64,000 nucleotides of DNA from an uncultured Bdellovibrionales bacterium (GCA_964405665.1 CAYOOT010000001.1:30046-94045), one strand, 5' to 3'; positions 30,190 to 39,967 are shown, numbered from the stretch's first letter. A program made the numbers and translations. The notes: a model not told the origin generated them from the letters alone.

Positions 30190-30788
30190 AAGGTTTTTGT
30201 ATGATATTTTTGTTGAACCGCCAACAATCCCTCTTTCAGATACAATTCTAATCCATCTGCGGCCCGCTGTGAAGCTTCTTTTAATACTTGCATTTCTTGG
30301 CCCAAGGGTTTTTGCAAAACCCAGGATTTTACTTCAATTTTAGCAGTTTCTTCACTATCCTTAGGATGCCCGATCCCTATTTTCACTCTTAAAAAATCCT
30401 TTCCCGCTAAATGCAAAATAATATCCTCCACTCCTTTATGTCCGGCGGAAGTTCCCCCTAGACGGAATTTGAGTTCTCCGCATTTTAAATCAAGATCATC
30501 ATGTACTACAATAAGATCCTTGATCGGAATTTTGTAATAAGAAAGAATTGGCTGAATAGCTTGTCCACTTAGATTCATGAATTTTTGCGGAAGAATTAGG
30601 ATCACATCTTTTTCGGCTATTTTTAGATTGAGATAACGACAGCCCGATTGATTTTTCCAAAAAGCCCCTTGTCCAAATTTGGAAGCAAGCAACTCCAGCA
30701 CCCAGAATCCAATATTATGGCGAGTCTGCTCATATTGAGTTCCAGGATTTCCGAGGCCGACTATTGCTAACATTTTACAAGCGTCCAT
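30186..30788 (-). CDS. pth: Peptidyl-tRNA hydrolase
   Basis: It has the motif VGLGNPGTQYEQTRHNIGF. The true start is likely the internal Met MLAIVGLGNPG at about 30767. Confidence 0.9.
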   Translation of the reverse strand: MDACKMLAIVGLGNPGTQYEQTRHNIGFWVLELLASKFGQGAFWKNQSGCRYLNLKIAEKDVILILPQKFMNLSGQAIQPILSYYKIPIKDLIVVHDDLDLKCGELKFRLGGTSAGHKGVEDIILHLAGKDFLRVKIGIGHPKDSEETAKIEVKSWVLQKPLGQEMQVLKEASQRAADGLELYLKEGLLAVQQKYHTKTL

Positions 30789-30796
30789 GACTCATG

Positions 30797-30900
30797 TCAT
30801 TGCGAAGGAGCATCGCGACTGAAGCAATCTAGTCGTGTTGTTCCTTTGATAAACTCAACAGTTAGATTGCTTCGCTTCGCTCGCAATGACAAATCGAATG
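30797..30900. repeat. Imperfect long inverted repeat between pth and ctc
   Basis: GTCATTGCGAAGGAGCATCGCGACTGAAGCAATCT pairs with AGATTGCTTCGCTTCGCTCGCAATGAC. The core CTTCGCTTCG/CTCGCAATGACAAATCG recurs at about 48255-48285. Confidence 0.5.
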
Positions 30901-30932
30901 TTGCATATTTTTCCGAACGAACCGCAGCTCTA

Positions 30933-31703
30933 CTATTTCTTCTTCTCCTGTTTTGCAGGAGCAGCTGCTGTCTTGGCACCTGCTGCAGGAGCCGCGCCCG
31001 CAGCAGCAGGAGTTGCGCCACCAGCAGCAGCCGGAGCAGCAGTTCCTGGAGCAGCAGCCGTTGTCGCCGCAGTAGTTGCTGCTGCCGCCGCTGTAGCAGT
31101 AGTTGCTGCAGCCAAGGCTTTGGCTTGTTCTTCTTCCATCGCTTTTTTGGAAATAGCGCTGACCACTGTCAGAGTCGGTTGACTTCTAAGTTTTACACCT
31201 TGAGGTAGTTCTACAGCGGAAGCAGGAAGAGATCCCCCTTCCTTCAAATTACTAATATTAATTTTTACTGCTTCGGGAATTGCTCGAGGGAGACATTCCA
31301 CTTCAATTTCATAAACTGCTTGAAACAAGAAAGCCCTATTTTCTTTAATCGCCGCACTTTCGCCATAAATTTCTAAAGGCACTGCTAGAGTAAGAGCATG
31401 ATCTTCACTAATCGATACAAAATCGACATGTAAGGGCAAACCTTTAACTGGTTCAATTTGAACAGATTTAATAATTGCCATTAAATCATTAAGCGCGGAA
31501 TTTTTCCCTGCAAATTTATAGATTTGTGTTGGCTTTGCTCCACGAATAGCCATTTGAAACTTATATTTATCCAAGCTTAATGATTTTGCTTCTTTCCCAT
31601 CAGCATACACCACAGCAGGAATTGCACCGGCTCTACGCACTCTTCTTGCATTTGCCGTACCGTTATCTTTTCTATCTTCTATTTCTAATATTCTTGTTTC
31701 CAT
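30933..31703 (-). CDS. ctc: 50S ribosomal protein L25 / general stress protein Ctc with an Ala/Pro/Thr-rich low-complexity C-terminal tail
   Basis: The N-terminus is METRILEIEDRKDNGTANARRVRRAGAIPAVVYADG. The tail of about 70 aa (AAATTATAAAAATTA...APAKQEKKK) is encoded by GCAGCAGC-rich DNA. Confidence 0.85.
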   Translation of the reverse strand: METRILEIEDRKDNGTANARRVRRAGAIPAVVYADGKEAKSLSLDKYKFQMAIRGAKPTQIYKFAGKNSALNDLMAIIKSVQIEPVKGLPLHVDFVSISEDHALTLAVPLEIYGESAAIKENRAFLFQAVYEIEVECLPRAIPEAVKINISNLKEGGSLPASAVELPQGVKLRSQPTLTVVSAISKKAMEEEQAKALAAATTATAAAAATTAATTAAAPGTAAPAAAGGATPAAAGAAPAAGAKTAAAPAKQEKKK

Positions 31704-31732
31704 GATCCATCCTTCCTACTATATAAATAAAT

Positions 31733-32686
31733 CTAATCACTCTCAAATAAAACACTAATCGATTCTTCCCGATTAATTCTTTTAACTGCTTCGCCCACCA
31801 ATTGAGCAACTGATAACTGCACCAACCAACTCTCATGCTTATGTAAGTCTGAGTGATAAATCGTATCACTTACTATCACTTGCGAAATGTTGCTCTGCGG
31901 CAAACGCTCTTTTGCCTGACCGGAGAGCACCGGATGTGTGCAACAGGCAATTACTTTTGTCGCACCTTCCTTAATTAAAGCATCAGCTGCTTTAATTAAG
32001 GTTCCGCCGGTATCAACCATATCATCTACCACAATTGCCAGTTTTCCTTCCACATCACCCACAACGTGCATTTCTGCCACTTCATTAGGCTGCGCTCGCC
32101 TTTTGTCAATAATTGCCAGTCCCGCATTTAAACGTTTAGCAAAAGACCGAGCACGTGAGGTTCCCCCTGCATCAGGAGAAACAATACAAATGTCAGCGTC
32201 TTTATAATGCTCTGTAATATATTTCAAGAGCACAGGCCGGGAATATAAATTATCCACGGGAATATCAAAAAAACCCATTATTTGATCAGCATGTAAATCC
32301 ATAGTTAAAACACGGCTTGCACCGGCTTTAACTATTAGATCTGAAACAAGTTTTGCAGTAATCGGCACCCGCGGTTTAGTCTTACGATCTTGGCGGGCAT
32401 AACCAAAATATGGTAAAACTGCTGTAATTCTTTCGGCACTGGCTCTTTTTAGAGCATCCATGATCATTAATAATTCCATTAAATGATCATTTCCCGGGGT
32501 CGAAGTGCTTTGAATTACAAAAACATCCTGACCGCGAACATTATCACCTATTTCAACCGACAGTTCCCCATCACTATACCTTCTCACATCGCAACTCGTA
32601 AGCTCAACTCCAACTGCCAAAGCAATGCTTGTTGCCAGTTTGGGATTTGATCTTCCAGCTATGATGGAAACTCGTCCACGCATCAC
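31733..32686 (-). CDS. prs: Ribose-phosphate pyrophosphokinase
   Basis: The Prs N-terminus (SIIAGRSNPKLA) is present, with the PRPP-binding motif (VVDDMVDTGGT) and the divalent-cation site (DLHA). Confidence 0.9.
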   Translation of the reverse strand: MMRGRVSIIAGRSNPKLATSIALAVGVELTSCDVRRYSDGELSVEIGDNVRGQDVFVIQSTSTPGNDHLMELLMIMDALKRASAERITAVLPYFGYARQDRKTKPRVPITAKLVSDLIVKAGASRVLTMDLHADQIMGFFDIPVDNLYSRPVLLKYITEHYKDADICIVSPDAGGTSRARSFAKRLNAGLAIIDKRRAQPNEVAEMHVVGDVEGKLAIVVDDMVDTGGTLIKAADALIKEGATKVIACCTHPVLSGQAKERLPQSNISQVIVSDTIYHSDLHKHESWLVQLSVAQLVGEAVKRINREESISVLFESD

Positions 32687-32774
32687 AATAGATATACCTA
32701 ATAAGTTTTTTATTCTCCCCTTTTCCTTGTTAATCCAAAAGCCTTGGTATCAGAAGGAAAAGGGGAGAATGAAG

Positions 32775-32846
32775 CTGGGCGAGGAGGATTCGAACCTCCG
32801 AATGACGGTACCAAAAACCGTTGCCTTACCGCTTGGCGACCGCCCA
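32775..32846 (-). tRNA. tRNA-Gln (anticodon UUG)
   Basis: The reverse complement folds with a U1:A72 acceptor stem as in bacterial tRNA-Gln, the anticodon stem ACGGT/ACCGT, the loop TTTTGGT and the T-arm GGAGGTTCGAATCCTCC. Confidence 0.75.
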
Positions 32847-32900
32847 ACATGATCTCCATAAATTTAAAAAAAAATTTTAAATTTATGCAAATCACGTTAT

Positions 32901-34004
32901 TCAAAGTTCTAAATTAACCTTTTTACAAAATAAACCAGGAGCTTGAAATAATTCTTGTTCCGCTTTCATTCTTCGATCTTCAGAATCAAAAAAAGCAAGC
33001 AAAGCGCTACCACTTCCGGTCAATAAAACCTTTTTTGCACCAAAAGAGACTAGGCGTTCAAAGCAATTTTTAATTTCCTCATCCCTTTGAAAAACAGCTA
33101 ATTGAAAATCATTAAATAAATTTCCTAGCAAATTACTCGAAGTCTCTGAAAAATGCATATCGCAGATACCTTTTTGCTCTAATAAAGTCAATAGATTATT
33201 AGAGTTATCTGAAATTCCTGTTCTCAAAGAAAGGTGTTTCAATAAGCTTTGTCCTTCCACAGAAGATACTCCATGTAAGTCTTCCTCAAAATTTTCTATT
33301 TCTGGCTTAAATCCCAAAAAACTATACGCTTCTTTGGTATTTACAGAGGCTAGTGGTTTAACAATCAATGCGCTAAATGCTTTAAGATTTAAGGCACCGC
33401 TTCCAGTTATTGATTCAATATTTTGCCCTATTCCAGAAACAAAAGACATTCCCTCATTAAAAAAAACTGGAATATCCGTCCCTATTTTTGATAAAATTAC
33501 CCTTAGTTTCTTTTTTTCCATCTCCAGATCTAACAGCTGCATTAGTGCGATCACTGAGCTTGCCGCATTGGAACTTCCACCACCTAAGCCTGCTTCTAAA
33601 GGAATGTGTTTTTCAATTTTTAATTTCAGGCCAAATTTTCTTTTTAAGTTTAGCGCTGGAAGAACATTTTCCAAGGCTCTAATCGCTAAGTTGTCGTTGG
33701 CATTAAGAGTCAAATAGGGCTTAATCAGTTCTGGATCTTTATTTTTTAATGCTGCAAAATGTTTTTCTAAATCCTCACTTAAATTAACTTCACAACAAAT
33801 ATCTCTTCTTTTTTCGTCAATCTCCAAAGTTAAACAATCAGCCAATGAAATGGGACAAATTATTGATTGAATCAAATGATATCCGCTTTTTAGTCTTCCT
33901 AATACTTTTAATGTAAGATTAACCTTTGCTGGAGAAAAAAGTTTTATAGTATGCTGATCCTTAGAGATAATTCTTTTTGATAAATTTTTATTGGCACTCA
34001 ACAT
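32901..34004 (-). CDS. ispE: 4-diphosphocytidyl-2-C-methyl-D-erythritol kinase (longer than typical)
   Basis: It has FSPAKVNLTLKVLGR..GYH, the GHMP motif PLEAGLGGGSSNAASS and the C-terminal GSGSALLAFF. Confidence 0.8.
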   Translation of the reverse strand: MLSANKNLSKRIISKDQHTIKLFSPAKVNLTLKVLGRLKSGYHLIQSIICPISLADCLTLEIDEKRRDICCEVNLSEDLEKHFAALKNKDPELIKPYLTLNANDNLAIRALENVLPALNLKRKFGLKLKIEKHIPLEAGLGGGSSNAASSVIALMQLLDLEMEKKKLRVILSKIGTDIPVFFNEGMSFVSGIGQNIESITGSGALNLKAFSALIVKPLASVNTKEAYSFLGFKPEIENFEEDLHGVSSVEGQSLLKHLSLRTGISDNSNNLLTLLEQKGICDMHFSETSSNLLGNLFNDFQLAVFQRDEEIKNCFERLVSFGAKKVLLTGSGSALLAFFDSEDRRMKAEQELFQAPGLFCKKVNLEL

Positions 34005-34017
34005 AAATTAAAAAATA

Positions 34018-34716
34018 ATGGGAGAAAAAACTCTAAATATTTTTAGAAATATAAAAAAAATTATTAAAAAAATTTTTTATATTCTGAGCCGAATTCACAA
34101 AATTCCGAGAAGGCTTTATCAGCAAAAGCATCAAATGCACTATCTAACAGTTTATTCTTATCATCATATCCTGGCAAGTATTGCCTATAATCTAAAACTC
34201 TCAAATTTACTCTTTCTTCAACCGCTTGAAAAAATAAATTTTAATAAAAATAAAATTAAAATTGCTTTTATCTGCACGGGCAATATTTGTCGCAGCCCCT
34301 ATGCCGAAGCAAAAATGCGCTCACTTCTCAATCAATTAAATCTTAATCGCTTTGAAATTTCCTCTTACGGCACAAGCACTACCGCCGGGAAAAAGGTGGA
34401 TCCCTTCGCTTTGCAAATTGCTCGGTCCAAGGGAATTGATCTTAGTTCTCATCGCACCAAACAAATAACTGCAGAAATAATTAAAGAAATGGATTTGATA
34501 ATTTTTATGGGGACCCCTCATTATTTGGCCTTAAAAAAACTTGATCGCAATAGTCCTCAAAAATCCATTTATCTGGGCTCGATATTACTCAGTAAAACAC
34601 CAGAGTATCTTATTGATGATCCTTATGGGCACGATCCTGGGGTTTTTGCCTTTTGTTATCAAACTATAGATTATGCCTTAAGTCTTTTATTAAATGAAAT
34701 TAGAAAGAAAATTTGA
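34018..34716 (+). CDS. Low-molecular-weight protein-tyrosine phosphatase (Wzb-like)
   Basis: The P-loop CTGNICRSP lies in IAFICTGNICRSPYAEAKMR and the DP motif is near the C-terminus. The functional start is probably downstream of the 34018 ATG. Confidence 0.75.
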   Translation: MGEKTLNIFRNIKKIIKKIFYILSRIHKIPRRLYQQKHQMHYLTVYSYHHILASIAYNLKLSNLLFLQPLEKINFNKNKIKIAFICTGNICRSPYAEAKMRSLLNQLNLNRFEISSYGTSTTAGKKVDPFALQIARSKGIDLSSHRTKQITAEIIKEMDLIIFMGTPHYLALKKLDRNSPQKSIYLGSILLSKTPEYLIDDPYGHDPGVFAFCYQTIDYALSLLLNEIRKKI

Positions 34717-34747
34717 GACTGTAACCTAAACTTTGTAATTTCCAATA

Positions 34748-34849
34748 TACGTACGGAGCGCGGACTTTAGTCCGCTTATTTCCAAATATATTAATATAGC
34801 AGGATAAAAGTTTGGTATTAAGCAGACTAAAGTCCGCGCTCCGTACGTA
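34748..34849. repeat. Long inverted repeat: 28-bp arms with 1 mismatch and a 46-bp spacer, MITE-like
   Basis: TACGTACGGAGCGCGGACTTTAGTCCGC (34748-34775) pairs with GCAGACTAAAGTCCGCGCTCCGTACGTA (34822-34849). Each arm also contains the internal palindrome GCGGACnnnnGTCCGC. Confidence 0.7.
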
Positions 34850-34998
34850 TTATGCTTTTAATTACGTATACGGAAATTCCAATTAATTACACAGTTTAAT
34901 TTACAATCTCAAAAATTTAAGCAAAGCACTGGACTTGACTAATTGTTCATATTTCCATAAAAACTAAATATTTAGAGGTTAATAACCTAAAATTTGGA

Positions 34999-35205
34999 GT
35001 GGATGAGCGTATGGAGAGGAATAAGGATTTTCCCGAATGTTTGAAGTGTAAAGCGGGTGTACTAATTCCGCTTTCCGATTATGGTCAAGATGGCGCTTCT
35101 GTAACCTACAAAGCCTGGGCCTGCACTAATCCCGATTGTGGTTATTCTCTTAGAATCGATAAAGGCGAAGTGAGCTACGGCAGAAAGATTCAGGCAAAAC
35201 AATAA
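34999..35205 (+). CDS. Small zinc-ribbon protein (CxxC...CxxxxC)
   Basis: It contains CLKCKAGV...CTNPDCGYS. The ATG at 35011 with GGAG upstream is the likely start, since the track start at 34999 is GTG. Confidence 0.45.
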   Translation: MDERMERNKDFPECLKCKAGVLIPLSDYGQDGASVTYKAWACTNPDCGYSLRIDKGEVSYGRKIQAKQ

Positions 35206-35323
35206 ATAAATAACAGTTGTCCTATTGATTGGTACTTCGTAAATTAAAAAGATATTTGGAGAATTGTCCGATGTATATAATATCGGACAATTCAATATGT
35301 AATTTTAGAAGATAATCCCCAAT

Positions 35324-36202
35324 ATGCTAAAAAGTATCATTTCAATATATAAAGGAAATAGCAAACATCCTCTGAACCATAATCATCAATTTGCTTTTAT
35401 AAAAAGAGTTTTGCATTGGCAAATAAACCAGCTGATTAATCCCTATCCGGTTGTTTATCCTTTTCTGGGATCGAAATTAATTGTTCAAAAAGGCATGCAC
35501 GGAATTACGGGGAATATTTATAATGGCTTAGCTGATTTTAAAGAAATGTCTTTATTGTTGCATCTGCTAAGAAAAGACGATTTGTTTTTTGATATTGGAG
35601 CAAATTGCGGCACTTATAGTATTTTGGCTTCGGGCTGCAAACGAGCTGTTACCTATGCCTTTGAACCAATAAAAAAAACATTTGAACAAATTTCGCAGAA
35701 TGTCAAAATTAACAATCTTGAAGAATATATCAAGGTTTTCAATTTTGCTTTGGGAGAAAAAGAAGGTTTTGTTTCTTTTACCAACGATCTAGATACTTCA
35801 AATAAAATAATAGATGACACTGACGGGAATTTTTCGGATAAAAAGAACACAGAGCAAGTGATAATTAAGTCTCTTGATGGTTTTCTTAAAGAAGAAAATC
35901 CCCTCTTAATTAAAATAGATGTCGAAGGTCATGAAAAAAGTGTTTTAAACGGTGCGAAAAAATTATTGAATAATAGTTCCTTAAAAGCAATAATTATCGA
36001 ATCCAATGCCAGTATTAGTGATTTCTTAAAAGATTACGGTTTTAATAAATTTGATTATGATCCTTTTAAAAGAAACTTAATTCCCAATAACGATTTAACT
36101 AACGTCCCTTGGGGAAATCTAATCTTCATTAGAGATCCGGAATTTGTTCAAAAAAGACTGAGTGCAGCCGAAAAAATCAACGTATTCGATTTCTCATATT
36201 AA
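35324..36202 (+). CDS. FkbM-family methyltransferase
   Basis: It has the motif DIGANCGTYS and the FkbM domain architecture. It is a paralogue of 18235..18990. Confidence 0.65.
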   Translation: MLKSIISIYKGNSKHPLNHNHQFAFIKRVLHWQINQLINPYPVVYPFLGSKLIVQKGMHGITGNIYNGLADFKEMSLLLHLLRKDDLFFDIGANCGTYSILASGCKRAVTYAFEPIKKTFEQISQNVKINNLEEYIKVFNFALGEKEGFVSFTNDLDTSNKIIDDTDGNFSDKKNTEQVIIKSLDGFLKEENPLLIKIDVEGHEKSVLNGAKKLLNNSSLKAIIIESNASISDFLKDYGFNKFDYDPFKRNLIPNNDLTNVPWGNLIFIRDPEFVQKRLSAAEKINVFDFSY

Positions 36203-36241
36203 GATTTTCGTAATCAACAATAACATTCGAAGTAAATCCTG

Positions 36242-37435
36242 CTATTTGGCGCAAACTTTTTGCATGGCTTCCACTAAGGCCTCCAAATTGTCTTGGGGAG
36301 ACCAATGACTTATTTTTTCTAAACTTCTTTTTTTCAACTGATCAATTTGAGCACCTAATTGACTAACATTTATTAAAATTTCTTTCAGATGTTCGATGTC
36401 TGCGGTTTTGAAAATGAAACCATTTTTCCCATCTTCTACTAGATCAAATCTTGCTCCGATTTGATCGCTAACTATTGGAATAGACCCGCATAACATCGCT
36501 TCATTAACCACCAACCCAAAAGGTTCATATTCCGAAGGAAATATTAAAAAATCACTGATTGTATAAATTTTTGGCAGTTCTGATTGATTAACAAAACCAA
36601 GGAAAATAACTTTTTCCCCCAGTTTCAATCGAGATACTTCATTTTCCAATTCTTTTCTTAAAGGGCCTTCTCCTGCAAAAATCAAATATGAGTTATCCAA
36701 CATTGCTCTACTAAAAGCCGCTAAGGCATCCATCGGTCTTTTCCAAAATTGCAATTTGCCACTGAATAAAAAAACAGTTGCTGTAGCTGAAATATTTAAT
36801 TTCTTTCTTTCTTCAGTTTTGTTTACTTCATGGGAACGAGACATCCAATAATTATTATCCACCACATAAGGTAGAAGCTGGATTTTTTTATCTTTAATAC
36901 CCAATTTTTGAAAAAATCTTTTCGTAGCGGTTGAAGGAGCTAAAACAAGATCGGCTAAATTAAATATCCTCGGCAAAAGGATCTTTTTTAAAGAAATCTT
37001 CCAGTCTTTTTTATCTCTGGAGACAAGTTCATGGGCATCTGTGCCATATAAGAAAGGCACTCCCATAATTTTTGCGACAATCATCGTCATCCAAAATACA
37101 AATTTTGTATAACCGGTATGGATAAAAATTGCATCGAATTTGCCTTTAATTACCAAGGGAAATATTCCGATATTAATTAATCCCCAAAAGCTATCGCTCT
37201 CTTTCTTCCAGGAAAAATTTTTTAGTTGAACCCAATTATATCCATCAAGCAGTGGGATGTCCCATTTAAAAGACTTTTGAAATCCAGGATCAAAACTCTC
37301 AGTCGCCCCTTTCATACTGCAATAAGCAACTAGAATATCTAACCTGGGATCAGTAGCCATTAATCTACATAAAGGGGAAAAATATTGAACCGGATGTGAA
37401 GACACAAACAATATTTTATACTGTTTTTTTTTCAT
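36242..37435 (-). CDS. Glycosyltransferase family 1
   Basis: It has the GT-B motif EYEPFGLVVNEAMLCGSIPIVS. Confidence 0.7.
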   Translation of the reverse strand: MKKKQYKILFVSSHPVQYFSPLCRLMATDPRLDILVAYCSMKGATESFDPGFQKSFKWDIPLLDGYNWVQLKNFSWKKESDSFWGLINIGIFPLVIKGKFDAIFIHTGYTKFVFWMTMIVAKIMGVPFLYGTDAHELVSRDKKDWKISLKKILLPRIFNLADLVLAPSTATKRFFQKLGIKDKKIQLLPYVVDNNYWMSRSHEVNKTEERKKLNISATATVFLFSGKLQFWKRPMDALAAFSRAMLDNSYLIFAGEGPLRKELENEVSRLKLGEKVIFLGFVNQSELPKIYTISDFLIFPSEYEPFGLVVNEAMLCGSIPIVSDQIGARFDLVEDGKNGFIFKTADIEHLKEILINVSQLGAQIDQLKKRSLEKISHWSPQDNLEALVEAMQKVCAK

Positions 37436-37445
37436 TTCTAATTGA

Positions 37446-38945
37446 CTAGATCAACTCCTCATCTTCCTCAGCCTGCAGTCCCTTACCTAAATAATCGTAA
37501 GAAGAAGACGAACTTTCCGGATCTTCATCAAGATTAACAAATAAAGTATGATCCGCTTGGAATCCCAAGCGCACTGTTCCAATCGGCCCATTTCTATGCT
37601 TAGAAATAATTAACTCGGCGACTCCTTTGTCCGGCGTATCGGGATGATAAACTTCGTCACGATAAACAAAGCCGATAATATCCGCATCTTGTTCAATCGC
37701 TCCCGATTCCCGCAGGTCGGCCATAATCGGTCGCTTGTCCTGACGAGTTTCTACTCCACGATTAAGCTGGGATAAGGCAATAATCGGAACGGACAATTCT
37801 TTGGCCAATGCCTTAAGTGAACGGGAAATTTCCGAAATTTCCTGCTCCCTTCTTTCGACTTTTCTACTGGAACCTCGCATTAGCTGCAAATAATCAACCA
37901 TAATTAAGGCTAAAGGATTTTCTCGGTGCAGCCTTCGAGCCTTGGCTCTCATTTCCAAGACAGATATGGCCGGAGTATCATCAATGAAAATATCAGATGC
38001 TGCAAGTTTAGAAGCAGAATCAACCAATCTGGGGAAATCTGATTCCGACAACTTCCCACTGCGCACACGGGAATTACTAACTTTAGAATCAGAGCAAAGC
38101 AGTCTCATCGTAATCTGCTCTTTGGACATTTCTAAAGAAAAAACTGCAACTGGTTTTTGCAAAGTGATACCAACATGCAAACCCATACTCAGAGCCATTG
38201 CAGTTTTCCCCATACTGGGTCGCCCTGCAATAATAATTAAATCTCCCGGCTGAAACCCATAAGTAAAAGCATCAAGATCATAAAAACCAGAAGCAACTCC
38301 GGTCATTCCTCCTTTATTAAAGGCCAGAGTTTCAATTTGTTTGATTGAATCTTTTACAACTTCAGCAACACGAGAAAAACCTTGATTAATTCTGGTATCG
38401 GAAATTTTAAAAATTCTTTGTTCGACAGCATCAATAAAGCCATCGATATCCCCTCTGCCGCTTAATGCTTCTGAAGCAATTTCAGAAACCTCATGAATTA
38501 ATTTTCTGCGGATGGACATTTCTTTTATTATTCGGGCATAGAACTGAGTGTTGGCCGAAGTAGGAACAATGTCCACTAAATGCGAAAGATAATCCACTCC
38601 ACCGACTTGGGCCAATTGATTTACAGCTTTTAATTGTTGAGAAAGCGTAACCAGATCCGTTGGTTCTCTTCTCTCATATAAGGCCAGCATCGCTTCAAAA
38701 ATCAGCTGATGATTTCTTTTATAAAAGTCTTCCGGTTTAATTATTTCTACAACTTGATTGAGAATTTCATTGTCCAACAAAACAGCGCCCAGCACTGACT
38801 GTTCCGAATCCAAAGAATGAGGGGGGATTTTTCCAACTACCTGAGCTTCCTCAGAAGAGCTGTTGCGATCAGTATCTATATCTAGATCTTCATCGTCTCT
38901 TTGATAATTAAAAAATTCTTTTGTTGTAGAACTACTCTCTTTCAT
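37446..38945 (-). CDS. dnaB: Replicative DNA helicase
   Basis: The DnaB N-terminal domain is present, with Walker A GRPSMGKTAMALSM and the typical RecA-like C-terminal blocks. Confidence 0.9.
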   Translation of the reverse strand: MKESSSTTKEFFNYQRDDEDLDIDTDRNSSSEEAQVVGKIPPHSLDSEQSVLGAVLLDNEILNQVVEIIKPEDFYKRNHQLIFEAMLALYERREPTDLVTLSQQLKAVNQLAQVGGVDYLSHLVDIVPTSANTQFYARIIKEMSIRRKLIHEVSEIASEALSGRGDIDGFIDAVEQRIFKISDTRINQGFSRVAEVVKDSIKQIETLAFNKGGMTGVASGFYDLDAFTYGFQPGDLIIIAGRPSMGKTAMALSMGLHVGITLQKPVAVFSLEMSKEQITMRLLCSDSKVSNSRVRSGKLSESDFPRLVDSASKLAASDIFIDDTPAISVLEMRAKARRLHRENPLALIMVDYLQLMRGSSRKVERREQEISEISRSLKALAKELSVPIIALSQLNRGVETRQDKRPIMADLRESGAIEQDADIIGFVYRDEVYHPDTPDKGVAELIISKHRNGPIGTVRLGFQADHTLFVNLDEDPESSSSSYDYLGKGLQAEEDEELI

Positions 38946-39918
38946 TTTTACAAATTTCTTTTATTAGTTGCTGAGTTTCTTTTTCAAACTCAGTAGGTCG
39001 GTAAGCAGGGAGCACTAAAGCACGTTTACATATTTCAGGAGATACTTCAAACAATTCTGCTTTTTTCTCTAATACCTCATTGTTTTTCTGCTCTTTGCGC
39101 AGAAGAAGCAACTGAAATAGATTAAATTGCAGACTATCTACTGTCTTAAAAGAATTGGAAATTTTACATAAATCTAGCTTTTGCTGGGCTCCTTGCAAGT
39201 CATTATTTAAATAAAGAATTATTGCATAATCAAAAAGCAAATCTGCTGGAATATCAGCATTGAGAGCCAATTTTTTATCTAAAAAATTTTTTGCCTGAGC
39301 ACTGCGATCCAAAACACCCAAAAATCTTTCATACTGCAAGATTAAAGATGGATCGCTTGCTAAACTTACTACTTTTTCTGAATTGCAAATTGCTTCATCG
39401 AAATAGCCCGCATTGTAATTGGCTAAACTAATTAAGCCATAAAGCTCTTGATAATCTTTGATTCCCCAATCCTTATTATTAATATTTTTTAAAGTAATCG
39501 GACTAAGCGAAGTCACAATTTGCAAAACTTCCTCAAACTGCTCGAGGCTTTCTTCGAAATTTCCCAAACGAAAATTTATTTTGGCAAGATTTTTTAAAGC
39601 TACAAAATTTCTCTTATCTAAATTAAACGCCTGAAGATAAAGTTTTCTTGCTTCTTCGAGGCGATCTGTTTGCTCATAAACTACGGCGAGATCGTTAATG
39701 ACCATAGTCAGATTGGGATTTACTCGTAGAGCCTTTTTATATTCCAATTCCGCCTGATCTAATTTGCCTCTTTGATAAAAATCTTTGGCTTTATTGATTG
39801 TGCTGATTAAATTAAATTCACCCTGAGGAATGACTTGAGAAGTTTCTATGTTTGCAGGTGTGATGCAAGAAGAAACTAATAAACAAAAAGATAATATGAA
39901 CAAAAAGCGGCAGAGCAT
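38932..39918 (-). CDS. TPR-repeat lipoprotein
   Basis: It has a signal peptide with the lipobox LVSSC and several TPR-like repeats (YKKALRVNPNL, AFNLDKRNF...). Confidence 0.6.
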   Translation of the reverse strand: MLCRFLFILSFCLLVSSCITPANIETSQVIPQGEFNLISTINKAKDFYQRGKLDQAELEYKKALRVNPNLTMVINDLAVVYEQTDRLEEARKLYLQAFNLDKRNFVALKNLAKINFRLGNFEESLEQFEEVLQIVTSLSPITLKNINNKDWGIKDYQELYGLISLANYNAGYFDEAICNSEKVVSLASDPSLILQYERFLGVLDRSAQAKNFLDKKLALNADIPADLLFDYAIILYLNNDLQGAQQKLDLCKISNSFKTVDSLQFNLFQLLLLRKEQKNNEVLEKKAELFEVSPEICKRALVLPAYRPTEFEKETQQLIKEICKNERE

Positions 39919-39967
39919 GCCTGCAGTATACTTATCGTATTATGAAATGCAAGAAGCCTATTTGAAT

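Noticed and set aside
30846-31208. Long plus-strand ORFs (120 aa and 98 aa) rich in Ser/Arg/Cys or Ala
   Set aside because: They are antisense to the GC-rich GCAGCAGC tract that encodes the L25 tail. They are low-complexity frames produced by the repeat, not genes.
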